From the human T2T-CHM13v2.0 reference genome, Homo sapiens, in NCBI RefSeq assembly GCF_009914755.1, contig NC_060947.1: 64,000 bases of DNA; one strand, written 5' to 3'. Positions within the stretch are counted from its first letter, which is position 1, and the number at the start of each line of letters is the position of its first letter. Shown here piece after piece: positions 40,826-53,908 of this stretch. The notes beneath the pieces are model-generated. The model saw only the letters and a list, made by a program, of their open reading frames with translations. It ran no database searches and was not told the DNA's origin. Position numbers and translations under genes: made by a program.

Positions 40826-40929
40826 ATTTGGGTTCCCTAGAAGCACGCTTTGTGACCCAACCTGAAGGAATGTTGATAGACAGATCTAACAGGGTGAAGT
40901 CATTATGTTGAAAATGATCTACTTATGAA

Positions 40930-41040
40930 TTGCCTTCCCTTTTAGGCTATAAATTCCAGAGGGCAGGGACTGTTTCTTGGTCTTTGTATCTGCAGCCTCT
41001 GTCATGGTCTTTGGCATAAGTAATGTTGAGTCGAACAGAT
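40930..41040 (+). mobile_element. L2 3' fragment
   Basis: ctataaattccagagggcagggactgtttcttgg...ttggcataag. Confidence 0.55.
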
Positions 41041-41764
41041 ACAGGAAAGGAGTAAAGGGTTATTTAAAGGAACTTGATAGGGATAATTACTTCCTTATCT
41101 CTTGTTCTCCTTTCCCTCACACAGCTAGGATTTAGGACACATCCTGGTAAGGCCATGAGCTTACATCCCTAGAAATCAAGTGGATGACCATGGGTGGCCC
41201 CCAACTAAGGAGTCCAGGTGGACTCAACTCCTTTGAGAAAGCCTTACTATCTCGTGCAGCCCTGCAACTCCAGTCTAACCTCACATGCCTCTCAGCACCC
41301 AGTCACACGTACTGCTACTCCTCCTACCCAAATGCAGGGCCCCAGATGCCCCAGGTGCCCATCTTGCCCCAGTACACCCTCTATGCCCCAATTTATATGG
41401 CTGGGCTTCTGTTGAAGGCCCAGCTACTCACCCCAGAATATCTATTGAGACCCTGCAATTTGCCCTGAACCCCCTACCCCTCGTCAGGACAGTGAATTGC
41501 TGTCCCTGATCCCTTCATGCATCTTCACGTCCTGTGACAGACCCTAGAACTAAAGTCTTCCAAGCACTCACCTCACTTCCCACATCAAAACGGCTATGCT
41601 CATCAGCCACAGCACTCCACTTTTCTCCAACTGGCCCTCCCTAGCTAAATCTAAATTACAGAGTTCTTGCCACCTCTAAAATAATTGTATGTGTTTATAG
41701 AAATCCAAAATTATGAACTTCCATGTATAATGGCCATTTAATTTTTTTTACAAATTTAATGTGC

Positions 41765-42090
41765 TCTTTTTGTTAATAGATTTATCAAGATATAATTCCA
41801 TATCATACAATTCATCCATTTAAATTGAACAGTGGTTCTTAGTATATTCGGAGTTGTGCAACCATCACCACAGTCTAATTTTAGAATATTTTCATGACCT
41901 CAAAAACAAACTTCGTACCCTTTATCTGTCACCTCCCTATATCACCAATCCCCGAAGCTGTAAGCAACTGCTAATCTACTTTTTATCTCTATAGATTCTC
42001 CATATCTCATATAAATGAAATCATACAATATGTGGTCTTTTGTGACTGCTTTCACTTGGCATAATGTTTTCAAGATTCATCCATTGTAAT
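41765..42090 (-). mobile_element. L1MB 3' end
   Basis: tttatcaagatataattccatatcatacaattcatccattt...ttgtgcaaccatcaccacagtctaattttagaatattttcat. Confidence 0.8.
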
Positions 42091-42550
42091 GCACTTTTGA
42101 GGAAGAAAAACGCTTTGTATAAGGATAATATTGGAAACCTTTTCTCAAAACCATAAAACTCTGAAATTCGCCTGTTTGATATTTAGGATACAGTGTTTTG
42201 GCAGGTTAATGCTTTCTCATCTGTCATTACTGGCTCCTTTCAATCCAACTATACTTCTTCCCAACACATGACTTCTGGCAACCTCTATGGAGAGCCTATT
42301 ATTAGAAATTGACACATAGTAAGTTTATTGTGAAAACACGATTACAAACAATAATAGACATGCAGTAGAAAAAAAATCTATGTTATCTGCACCTCCTTCT
42401 GAGACCATTTTTTGAGTATGCGAAATGTATTTTTGTGATATGCAATTCAAATGAAAGGATTTCAAGGGCTGGAGTGTGTGTATGTGTGCATGTGTGTGTG
42501 TGTTTTATTATGAGTGATTTTGACATTCTGGCTCAGCTGACAGTTTAAGG

Positions 42551-42790
42551 AGCAGTGTGGTGAATGGGGAAGAACTGGGCTTTGGAGTCAGACAGACTTG
42601 GTCTCCAACTCCAGATCTACCCTCATGAGACCTTAAAACAAGTAACTTAAATTCTGTGTCATTTTATTATTTTTAAAAGGAGAATACATTCATAGCACCT
42701 ACATTCGTAGCACTGTTAAAATAAGATTATAATATATTTGACTGCTCCTGGCACACAGTATACACAAGAGATGCGAGTTTTTCCTTTTCC
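42551..42790 (+). mobile_element. MIR SINE
   Basis: agcagtgtggtgaatggggaagaactgggctttggagtcagacagac...aagtaacttaa...cctggcacacagta. Confidence 0.75.
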
Positions 42791-42859
42791 TTCCCTTGAC
42801 TAAAGCCTTCTGAAAATTCATGCTACCAGAGCCCAAGCAGTCAGGAATTGTAATAGAGG

Positions 42860-43032
42860 AGTGGGTTGTCAGTGATCCTCCTATAGCATCACCTGGAAAC
42901 CTGCTATGAAACATAGATTCTCAGCCTCATCTCAAACCTGCCAAATCAGAAACTCTGGAAGTGGGACGCAGTAATCTGTTTTAACAAGCACTCTCCATGA
43001 TTCTGATGCATGAGAAAGTTTGAGAACCACTG
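42860..43032. mobile_element. MER5A DNA transposon
   Basis: agcatcacctggaaacctgc...aatcagaaactctgg...tttaacaagc...gattctgatgca...aagtttgagaaccactg. Confidence 0.8.
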
Positions 43033-43769
43033 TCATAGAGGATTATTAATAATTTCTGCTGCATTCTAAATTCACCATTCTCGGTGACAACTTCTGGCTG
43101 CGATGTCAGTGTTTTTCAAAAAAGGAAGGAAGTCTACTAGTTCCAAAAGATCAGAAGTCAGAGACCTAGAGGGGAAAAACTAGTGGCCACTGCCCCTTGT
43201 TATATGACTTAGTAATATACTGTGGTCTCTTTTGCCCTTCTCACTCCTGCAAGATGACAGTGGATCACTGAGGCATGAGATGATGACTTGGTAAGCAACA
43301 CATTTTCCCAAACAACATTTGATTGAATATTCAAATCAGAAGGTACTTGTATCCCCCCTTTTCCATCTGGATGCCACATTTTCAGAGGCTCTTGGATGAA
43401 TTGGGGAATACCTGAAGAGGCCAGCCAAAGGAGGTGGGAATTGGAAACATTCTTCCTCATTTAGGGAGGAGGTAAAGAATCTGGAGATTTTAGGCTAAGA
43501 GAAAAAGCCCCTCCGGGGGTTAAATGATCATTATTTTCAACCTTCTGAAGGGCAAAAAGAAGCAGAGGTGGTCTCGTGGCTACAGAGGGCAGACCTGGGA
43601 CCAGTTAGTAGAAGTTACAAAGAGTAATGTCGTCACGGGATAAATCAGGACCTCTTGCCAATTTAGAATCTTGAAAGAAAAGGTACAAGTAGAAGAAATA
43701 GAACATGACTGGCCATAAGAAGAATTACCTAAGGCTTGCAGAAGAGAGGGAACTTGTCCAAGGTGCCAT

Positions 43770-44250
43770 GGTTTAGCAGACCCCATTGGAGCCCCGCCCA
43801 TAACCCTTTGATCCATTTGTCATTTGGGGGCCCACCGATCTCAGTGGCTTTTGCTCCAAGCAGCCAGCACGTGCATCGCTTTGTGGGCAGACCCTTCTGT
43901 TCTGCTGGAGTCCACCTTGCCTGTGCATGTGAAGAGAAGCAAAAGCACCTGCAAATGTACTTCTCCAGGGGGACCTCCCTTAACCAACGATTGACAGGCA
44001 GGGTGGCAGCAGGTATACAAACACCCTAGCTCCCTTTCCAGGTGTGACCCACACCATTTCCAGAGCTCCCCTATGGGATTGAGCCAAAATTATCTTCTGT
44101 GGGAGCATGCTTGGTGTCATACATTGGCTTGATCCCCTTCCCTTCCCTTCCCTGTCTCACATTGCCACCCGCTTCCTATCAATCTTTTCCAGGAACACTT
44201 CCTACTAAGTCACTTTCACACGAATCCTCACCTCAGAAGGAACCCCTGCC
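43770..44250 (+). mobile_element. LTR16-like ERVL solo LTR
   Basis: gggacctcccttaaccaacgattgacagg...acaccatttccagagctccc...gggattgagcc...gtcactttcacacgaatcctcacctcag. Confidence 0.6.
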
Positions 44251-44974
44251 TTGCTAAACACCACCCAAGCCTCTCAGCCGGCAGTTTCAGGTGGATGGTG
44301 GGGCACAGGGTGGGCATGACACATACTACATCCACAAAGGGCCATCTGTCATTTGCTTGCAGACATGCATAAAACAAAATTGATATATTGTGTAGGTAGA
44401 CATGTAAGCCCAGTGGCACACCTGGTCCCAGAAATCAAGACAACAAGACTGGGTGTCTTGACCTTCACCCCTCTGGTCTTTCAGGACTGATGTGGAAGCC
44501 AAAATGAACTCCAGAGTCCTTTCAAACCCAACATGCCACAGTTGAGTGCCACTGCTCCCTTAAGTTCCATCTGCAACTAGCATCTAAATGTGAACTTTAC
44601 CTGAAGTCTTTGCTTTATGGGATTGACTGTGTTCTTTGTTACTTCCTCCCCGGCCCGTCCCCAAGGCTGACCACTGCCCACTACACCCACCCCCCTACCC
44701 CCAGCTTTTCTCCACACCTCACATGGCTTGAAGCTGTGTTCAGCTGCTTTCTTCCAATATTTCTCTCTCCTTCTTACATGGGATGACCTCATGTTCATTT
44801 CTACATTCTACAACAGCTCACACGCTCAGTCCTACTTTCATGTGTTTTTGTGCATGTGGCTTGCCAGGGCTTGGCTGCCACTGAGCTTTGTACCTGATAG
44901 TTTCCAAAGGGGCAGTCGGTGACTTTGATAACATTCTTAATAAGAGAGATTCAAACCATTTGTCAGTTCCCTGT

Positions 44975-45363
44975 GGATGTGTGTTTCTGACAGTGTGACT
45001 GGGGACCACCAGCATTTGAATCTGCAGAACTTGTTAAGATGCAGGTTCCTGGGCCCCACCCTAGACCAACTGGCTCAGAATCTCCAGGTGTGGCAGGAGT
45101 GGGAAGTGGCTGAATCTTTAACAAGCTTCCCAGGTGTTTCTCACTCCAAAGCAGCGCTACTCAGTGTGTGTGGTCAGCCAACCAGCAGCATCAGCATCAC
45201 CTGGGAACATTTTAGAACTGCAAATTATCAGCCCTCACCCCAAACCTGCTGAATCAGAAACACTGGGGATGGGGTCCAGCCATCTGTACTTTATCAAGCC
45301 CTCCAGGGGATTGTGATGTGCACTAAGGTTTGAGAAACGTTTCTCTAAAGTTTAAGAACCACT
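44975..45363. mobile_element. Nested MER5 elements (MER5A 45152-45342 inside a MER5A1-like copy)
   Basis: Two MER5 bodies; the inner one is flanked by 8-bp ctccaaag / ctctaaag; the outer end aagtttaagaaccact resumes after it. Confidence 0.7.
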
Positions 45364-45374
45364 TATGTAGAATT

Positions 45375-45515
45375 TCAATCCATTCATTCAAAAAATATGT
45401 CTATTGTGTTCCAGGTGCTATGGTTTATCAGACCTCATTCTGCTAGGCTCTGATGGTACCATGATGAGCAAATCAGTCAGGGGTCCTGCCCTTGAAGAGC
45501 TTAAGCTTTAATGGA
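45375..45515 (-). mobile_element. L2 3' fragment
   Basis: ccattcattcaaaaaatatgtctattgtgttccaggtgcta...ggtcctgcccttgaagagctta. Confidence 0.6.
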
Positions 45516-47296
45516 TTCCATATCATGTTGCTGCTTCAGTATGTCTTCTAGGTTCTCAAGACAATCCAGCCTTTATGGTTCCTTTCATGAGGTCTTTGCC
45601 GCTTCTACTTCAGTAGACAATAAACTATCTAAGTAGAAGACTCCAATGCCAGTTCCCAAGTGACTGCTGTTAAGTTCCAGACCTCGGACCTGGCTGATGG
45701 GTTTCTTAGAGAGGGGTGGAACATACGATGTCAGCCAGTCTCACCCTGCACCAGTTCCCCAAATCAGCCCACAGTGAAGTGGCTTGGCTGTTAGTATCAT
45801 ATCCCACAAAGAGTCAGCTGTCATCCACTTACAGATGTGTACAACGAACCAAGCCCATGACTTTTGATAGTTGGACTTTCTTTGGAAAGGCACAGCACCA
45901 CTCTGACATCAATATCAGAGTCTCTTATGCATCTTTCAAATGGCTGCATAGTACAAACCAAGTCATACAATGGGAAGTGGCTCGGATATGTCATCTGAGC
46001 ACAGAAATATAATCATGGAACAGCCTTGGAGTGTTAGTAAATGTCTTCGATCACTCACCTGTTTAAGGAGTTGCAAAGGCTGGGACTTCAAATGCTTTTT
46101 TTCAACGAACACTCTTCAATAGAGATATTATACTCCTTCCTGAACTGTCCCTGTGTCTGACACATGACGAATATGTCAACTGTGCCAATTGCTTCTGCTA
46201 TTTTCAGAACCCCTTTCTAATGATGCTGGTCAGTGACTAATCGGGAAAAATTCTAACCAAGGTCTTGCCAACAGGGGAGAGATTATGGAATAGTTTGCTC
46301 TCAACTGCTTATAGAATTCTTAAAGATATTTATAATATTAACAGCCTCAAAATCTTGTGCCACTTGTCCAGGGTTTTATTTCTTAAGAAATATTCTCCAA
46401 AAGTGTCTATTAAGAGTTACCTGTACAATCATGAGCAAGAAATGGTCATTAAAAAGTAACAGCCCAAGTGACTGTTTTCTGATCAATATTTCATGTCACT
46501 CAGGAAGTCTCAGTTTGACCTCCAAGCAGGAGACACTTTCCACTAAAGCAGCCAGATTTGCCCTGCCCTGTCACCCTACAAAGAGCATTTTGCCACCAGA
46601 ATATGAGGACACTGGGCAAGAGCTTCCAAAGCCTGTCCATTGTAGGAGGACCACTCACCATCGTTCCAAGAGTCAATGAACATAACAGCCACCTAGCTGG
46701 CCCCAAACCCTCCAGCTTCCTTTAATAGTTCAGTTAAAATGGCACCAGCTCCCTTCTCATAGATGGCAGCAAAACCCAGTATTGCCCCAAGAATGCTGAG
46801 GAAATGTGGGGGCTTACATTTTTCCCGATAACTCCCTGCTCTAATTCTGGCTTCTGCTGACACCTCCATCTCCCTCATGTTTTGCTTCTTAGGATTATTC
46901 CCTACTCTTCACTCTGCACTCAGCCACCCATGCAGCACAGTCCCAAGCCTTTATTCTCCCCCTTGATTTCTCATACAACCTGTGAAGGACTAAGAAAGCT
47001 TTTACTGAAGACTTGGGTGGGATGGGCACAGTAAAGCAGCAAAGTGTAGAGTAGCAGATAAAACCAATAACCAATAATTCCTGTTTTAAAACGTGTCGGC
47101 TTGTCCTCCCCAGGGCCACCGTGTCATGTTGCTGGCCCTGGCCCTGTCTCCTCCCCTTCTCCTCTTTTGCCCCGCCCACCACTACTACCCTCCTCTCCCA
47201 GACTGGTCCCACAGAAACCCAAAATACATACAATTTCATTGTTCAGAGCACTTCAGCCTCCTCTCTTCCTAAGCAGTTTTGCCTGGCCAGTCCTGA

Positions 47297-47298
<2 letters not shown>

Positions 47299-47337
<39 letters not shown>
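47299..47337. repeat. (TG)n(CG)n microsatellite
   Basis: Directly visible. Confidence 0.95.
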
Positions 47338-47338
<1 letters not shown>

Positions 47339-48480
47339 ATACATTTTAAAAATTAGCATTTTAACAATTTGTAGATGTACATTGGCATTAAGTACATTCA
47401 CATGGTTGTATAACCATCACCATCATCCATCTCCAGAATGTTTTCATTATCCCAAACAGAAACTCTGTATCCATTAAACAATAACTCCCCATTCCCTTTC
47501 CCCATCGCCCTTGGTAACCATCATTCTACTTTCTGTTTCTATGAATTTGATTATTCCAGTTACCTCATATAAGTGGAATCATATTTGTCTTTGTATATCT
47601 GGCTTATTTCATTCAGCATAATGTCTCAAGATTCATCCATGTAGTTAAATGTGTCAGCACTTCCTTTTTAAGACTGAATAATATTCCATTGTCTGTATAT
47701 GCCGCCTTTTGTCCATTCATTTGTCAATTGACATTTGGGTTGTTTCCACCTTTTCCCTATTGTGAATAATGCTGCTATGAGCATTGGTGTACAAATATCT
47801 ATTTCAGTCCCTGCTTTCAGTTCTGTTGTGTATATACCCAGAAGTGGAATTGCTGGATATTGTGGTAATTCCATGTTTAATTTTTTAAAGAACTGCCATA
47901 CTGTTTTCTACATCGTCTACACCATTTTACATTCCCACCAGCAGTGCACAGTTTCTCCACATCCGTGCCATCACTTGTTGTCTGTTTTATTTTTTATTTT
48001 TGTAATAGCTATCGTAATGGGTGTGAGGTGGTATCTTGTTGTTTCAATTTGCATTTCCCTAATGATTAGTGATATGAACATTTCATGTGCTCAGTGACCA
48101 TTTGTGTATCTTCTCTGGAGAAATGTTTATTCAAGTCCTTTGCCCATTTTTTGAATTGGACTGTTTGGTTCTTTTGTGGTTGAGTTGTAGGAGTTCTTTA
48201 TATTTTCTTGATATTAATCCCTTATCAAATATGTGATTAGCTAATATTTTCTCCCATTCTGTGGGTTGCCCTTTCGCTATATTGGTAGTGTCCTTTGAAA
48301 AACACAAGTTTTTAATTTTGATGAATTCCAATTTATTATTTCTTATGTTGCTGGTGCTTTGGGTGTCATACCAAGAATTCATTGCCAAATCTAATGTCAT
48401 GAACCTTTTCCCCTGTTTTCTCATGAGTTGTATAGTTTTAGCTCTTATGCTAATTAGGTCTTTGATCCATTTTGGGTTAA

Positions 48481-48647
48481 TTTTTTTTTTTTTTTTTTTT
48501 TGAGACAGGGTCTCACTGTGTTACCCAAGCTGGAAGGCAATGGCACAATCACAGCTCACTGCGTCCTCGACCTCCCGGGTTCAAGTGATCCTCCTGCCTC
48601 AGCCCCCAAAGTGCTGGTATTACAGGGGTGAGCCACCCTGCCCAGCC
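48481..48647 (-). mobile_element. Monomeric Alu (FRAM/FAM-like or arm-recombined AluJ)
   Basis: poly-T, gagacagggtctcactgtgttacccaagctgg...cagcccccaaagtgctggtattacagg...cccagcc; TSD ttg(g/a)gttaattttt. Confidence 0.85.
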
Positions 48648-48734
48648 TTGAGTTAATTTTTATATATGGTATAAGGTAAGAGTCCATCTTCATTCTTTTG
48701 CAGGTTGATATCCAGTTTCCTCAGTACCATTTTT

Positions 48735-49187
48735 TTATTATTATTATTTTTAATTATACTTTAAGTTTTAGGGTACATGTGCACAACATGCAGGTTAGTT
48801 ATATATGTATACATGTGCCATGTTGGTGTGCTGCACCCAGTAACTCATCATTTAACATTAGGTATATCTCCAAATGCTATCCCTCCCCTCTACCCCCACC
48901 CCACAACAGGCCCTGGTGTGCGATGTTCCCTCCCTGTGTCCATGTGTTCTCATTGTTCAATTCCCACCTATGAGTGAGAACATGCGGTGTTTGGTTTTTT
49001 GTCCTTGCGATGGTTTGCTGAGAATGATGGTTTCCAGCTTCATCCATGTCCCTACAAAGGACATGAACTCACCCATCAAAAAGTGGGTGAAGGATATGAA
49101 CAGACACTTCTCGAAAGAAGACATTTATGCAGCCAAATGACACCTGAAAAAATGCTCGTCATCACTGGCCATCAGAGAAATGCAAAT
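48735..49187 (-). mobile_element. L1PA (approx. L1PA4/5) with 5' inversion (twin priming)
   Basis: Antisense 3' end 48735-49071 then sense ORF2 piece 49071-49187; TSD tcctcagtaccattttt at 48718 and 49187. Confidence 0.9.
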
Positions 49188-49620
49188 CCTCAGTACCATT
49201 TTTTGAAAATAGTGTCTTTTCTCCCATTGAATGGTCTTGGCACGCTTCTCAAAGATCATTTGACAGTATATCTGAAAGTTTACTTCTGGGCTATCTATTC
49301 CAATCATCTGTATGTCTGTCTTTATGCCAGTACCACCCTGTTTTGATTACTCTAGCTTTGTAGTAAGTTTTTAAATCAGGAAGTGTGAGTCCTCCAACAT
49401 TCTTCTTCTTCAAAATTGTTTGGCCTATTAGAGGTCCCTAGATTCCTATGAATTTTAAGATGCAATTTTCTATTTCTGCAAACAAATATCATTAGGATTT
49501 TACTAGGGATTACATTGAATTTGTCAATTGTTTTGGGTAGGATAGACATCTTAACAATATTAAATCTTCTAATCCATAAACATGAGATTCCTTTCCATTT
49601 ATTTATGTCTTTAATTTCTT

Positions 49621-50385
49621 ATTTTTATACATGATAGTTTTTAATATACATCTGAGCTAAAGACCAAACACTGACAGTAGGTGAAAAACAAATAGTAAGT
49701 TTGTTAGCCTACACTTAAACCTCAAACAAAAGAGATGACTTTTTGTTTATCTAACAAGTTCTGCATTGATTACACACCATAAGTAATAGTATATAAAAAC
49801 ACATTTGTATTTAGTAAGAATATTTTATTTCTTGGGTCATATATTTCAACTAGGTGGTCTAGTATAGTTGGTACTTTCGAAGTTTAACTACATTAGAAGA
49901 AAGTGTGGTGTGAAATATAAGTACACTGTTGTTGGAACTGAACTATAAAGCCGGAAGTAGACGTACTTGCTTCATGAGGTTGTAATTCTTAAGTCTATCT
50001 TATTTCATTTCATTTTACATTTTATTTTACTTTAGATTCAGGAAGTATATGTGCTTATTTGTTGCATGGGTATAATGCATATTGGTGGAGATTGGGCTTC
50101 TAGTGTACCCATTACCCAAATAGTGAACATTGTACCAGATGGGTTATTTTTTACCCCACACCCCCCTTCCACCCTCCCCTCTTTTGGAGTCCCCAGTGTC
50201 TATTATTTGCATCTTTATGTCCCTGTGCACCCATTGTTTAGCTCCCGCTTATAAGTGAGAGCATGCAGTATTTGGTTTTCTGTTCCTACGTTAGTTTGCT
50301 TAGGAGAATGGCCTCCAGCTCCATCCATGTTGCTGCATAAGATATGATTTCATGCTTTTTATGGCAGCCTAATATTCCGTGGTGA

Positions 50386-50426
<41 letters not shown>

Positions 50427-50727
50427 GTTTTATTTATCCAGTCAACTGTTCATGGATACTTAGGTTGGTTCCCTGACTTTGTTATTTTGAATATATGAGG
50501 GTAGTTGTCTTTTTTATATAACGATTTATTTTCCTATGGGTAGATACCCAGTAGTGGGATCATTGGGTCACCTGGTATTTCTATTGAATTATTTCAGAAA
50601 TCGCCACACTATTTTCCACAGAGGTTGAATTAATTTACATTCCCACCAACAGTGTATAAGCATTCCATTTTCTCTGCATCCACCCCAATATTTGTTGTTT
50701 TCTGACTTTTTAATAATAGCCATTCTG
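49621..50727 (-). mobile_element. L1PB-like 3' end (~50000-50727) plus ~380 bp extra 3' sequence, inside one TSD
   Basis: 21-bp direct repeat tatttatgtctttaatttctt at 49600-49620 and 50728-50748; L1PB 3'UTR tttagattcagga...tgtacccattacccaaatagtgaacattgtacc; (TA)n at ~50387-50423. Confidence 0.8.
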
Positions 50728-52479
50728 TATTTATGTCTTTAATTTCTTTTTAGCAGTGTTTTTTTAGTTTTCAGTGAACAAGTCTTTTACCTCCTTGGAA
50801 AAGTTAATTCCTAAGTATTTTATTATTTTTGATGCTACTGGAAATTGAATTATTTTAATTTCCTTTTGGGATTGTTCATTGTTAGTATATAGAAATGCAA
50901 CTGATTTTTACCTGTAGATTTCGTAATGATTTGTGACCATTAATTGGAGGGTGCACCCAAAGCTATGGTGGCCTAGTAATAACACTTTTGTTTCAGTGTA
51001 CACACTAAGAATTGTGCAAGAAAATCAAACATCTTCCTGTCCTTATGGGTTTGGAACCACATTTCTTATAATTCACTCATTGCATAATAATATATAATAA
51101 AAAATTGATAGCATTTTTCTAACATACACCTATTTTCCTTGTAAATAAGCTATGTTGTTAATTTTCCCAATTTCTTTTCAAGGATATAGAAATTTCAAAA
51201 TTTTGACTAAAACAAAAAGGAATAACAAAGAAAGCAAAAATACCTGAAGTCTTTCCATTTCTGTATCAACCACCATTAACACCATAGTAAACTACATATT
51301 CATATAGGTTTATAATAAGTAATTTTGCAAGGGTGGGATCATGCCACATGTGCTATTTTTAAGCCAAATTTTTCACTTAATTATGTCTTATGGAGGTATT
51401 TCCAAATAAACAAATATGGATATATGATAGATATCCTTTCTGATGTCTGTATAGTGTTTTATATAGATATAAAAAAGTTAACAAATCCTCTTCTAATGCA
51501 TATTCAGATTACTTCCACATGTGCACTCCTATAAACCAAGGTACAATGAACATCATTGTACAAACCTCTTTGCCCTCCTGTGTGTTCAGCTCCTGAGGAT
51601 ATATATGTATATTCAAGTACATATATATGTACTTGAATATGCAAATAAAAATCTGGAAGAGAGTAAGGCTGAATATTATCAGTAATCATAACTGGGTGAA
51701 TGGTAGGTAATTTTGCTCTCATCTATATTTTTTATTTTCATAGGACTATACTTTCTCATATATTTTAATGTTCATAGAGTTATAGGTAATTTTATCATCA
51801 CAATTTTAATTTTTCATGGAAATATTATCAAAATAAAAGGTTTTTAGAAGCAAAAATACTGGGTACACAGAAACGAAACCAATTAATCACATATAAATAC
51901 GTTATTAAGGTTTATTGGGATTATGCCAACTATTGAAAAATTGAAAAAGATAACCATGTTTCTCATAGATTAAAGTGTTTTACAAAACTTTTCTTTTTGC
52001 TGTTGGATACACCTGGAAAAACAACAGAAACACATATATTTCCATTTCTTAAAATTAAATACTTTGACATTTATATACTTAAAGCACTGGTGGCCAAAAA
52101 CTGATGATCACCTATCTTCAAATGCCATACTGTTGAGTTACCCATATCCTAGGAATCTTTACTATAACCCCTAAATGTGAAGAAAGTAGAATGACCTGCC
52201 TTGTTTTTTTGCCTGTCACTGAGTAGAGTGGAAATGAATGCTGGGGAGAAATGAGAGAATTGGGGAAAGTGACCATTAGGGCTCAGTCTTTCTCTGATAG
52301 AAATAATGACTCGAAGGTCATATGCTGAATTAAGGGAAACAATAGGAATCCCAAGGATATCCTCCATAAGAACAAACCCACACCCCCAGCATGGTAACTG
52401 ATCAAATGTACTCCTGCAATTAAATCAAGAATTCCACTTAGAAGAAAACATAGCACCAATAATATGAGGAAATTCTTCA

Positions 52480-53530
52480 CAATTGCTTCAGGCTATAGAA
52501 AGACTTAACGAGAGCATGCGTTTAATAAGATAAGAGCTCAAAGATGAGATGATGAAACAGCAGAATGGAATGAAAAGAGAGATGGCAGCTTTAAGGGAAA
52601 CATTAAGGATCAAACTAATATCATTTCAATACTAATACCTAAAGTAGAAACAGCAATGAAGAAATGGATAGCTAAAAACCTAATTATGGCCATAAGAGAA
52701 ATACTTGGGTAATCACAGAAATATAGAATAAAGGATAAGAGATGAAGACAATTTTTAAAAATTGAATATATGTGGAAGACACATAATGATGATCCAAGAT
52801 AAGGATAATTGATGTCTCTGAAATGAAGAAGCCCACTAATGACAGAAGGTATGTTTATCAGTATTATATAAGAAAATCCCCCAAAAATGAATAAATTTTC
52901 TGATTTAAAGGTTATACTTCATTCTAGGGAAATATGACACAAAACATTCGATGTTGAGACATATTCACTTTTTAAGTTTTTCAATTTTGAAATAAAAAAA
53001 ATAATTGTCCAGGAAAACAACAAAAAGCATCTATGGGGGGAAATAATAAGGCTACCTCAGACTTGCTCATACTCATTAACCAGCAATTCTATACCTAGGA
53101 ATGTAATCTAAGTAAATAATCAGATGAGTATATCAGATTTATATACAATGATGTTTACTGTAATATTTATAAACACTTTTTCAAATATTATGTGATATTC
53201 AAGAAAGATTCAAATAGCAAAATACTAGATGACCTTTAAAATTGGTTTTAGAGGAAGTTTTAGTGACATAGGAAACTATTCATAATATATTATTGTCAAG
53301 TGAAAGAATCAGATTACAAAAGCGTAATTACAATATTATTCTGGTGAAATCTGCACACATATAGAAAAAGTCGGGAGGAAAATACTGAAAAGATATGCAT
53401 TAAAATGAAACAATGGTTATATCTGGGGAAACGTTCAAGGGTTATGTTTTTCTTTGTGCTTTTTTACATATAACATATTCTTTATAATGACATGTATTAT
53501 TTTTATATTGTGGAAAAAAATGACAAGAAT
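52480..53530 (+). mobile_element. Ancient L1ME/HAL1-like fragments
   Basis: A-rich decayed ORF1-like segment (ataaggctacctcagact) followed by L1ME 3'-type sequence (cagcaattctatacctaggaat...aatggttatatctgggg). Confidence 0.45.
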
Positions 53531-53699
53531 TATTTAAAATATAATAAATAATAACAAAGATCTTACCTTGATATTACTGTAACAAAACAGAAAGGTTTAA
53601 AATGTAGAGTTATGGCATTTGGGAACAGTTACTTTGACTACACTTTTAGAAGACTTAGCTGATCATATTTATGAGCAACTAGCCCTGGGGATGTGCTGG

Positions 53700-53908
53700 A
53701 AAAAAAAGAAAGAAAAAGAAGAAGAAAGAAAGGAAGAAAGAAGAAAGAAAGAAAGAAGGAAAGAAAGGAAGGAAGGAAGGAAGGAAGGAAGGAAGGAAGG
53801 AAGGAAGGAAGGAAGGAAGGAAGGAAGAAAGAAAAAGAAAGAAAGAAAAAGAAAAGCAAGCAAGCAGGAAGGCAGGAAGGCAAGAAGGCAAGAGGTCAAG
53901 AAAGCAAG
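53700..53908. repeat. GA-rich (GGAA/GAAA)n microsatellite
   Basis: Directly visible homopurine tract. Confidence 0.95.

Larger units (their letters stand above)
47340..50922 (-). mobile_element. L1MB element (3' part) interrupted by a monomeric Alu, an L1PA and an L1PB-like insertion
   Basis: Antisense ORF2 C-terminal peptides ([14 protein letters not shown]..., EWEKILANHIFDKGLISR); collinear L1MB sequence resumes after each TSD-bounded insertion. Confidence 0.88.

Noticed and set aside
45580-46350. Unique-looking stretch considered as a processed pseudogene
   Set aside because: No recognisable protein similarity, poly-A tail or TSD by eye.
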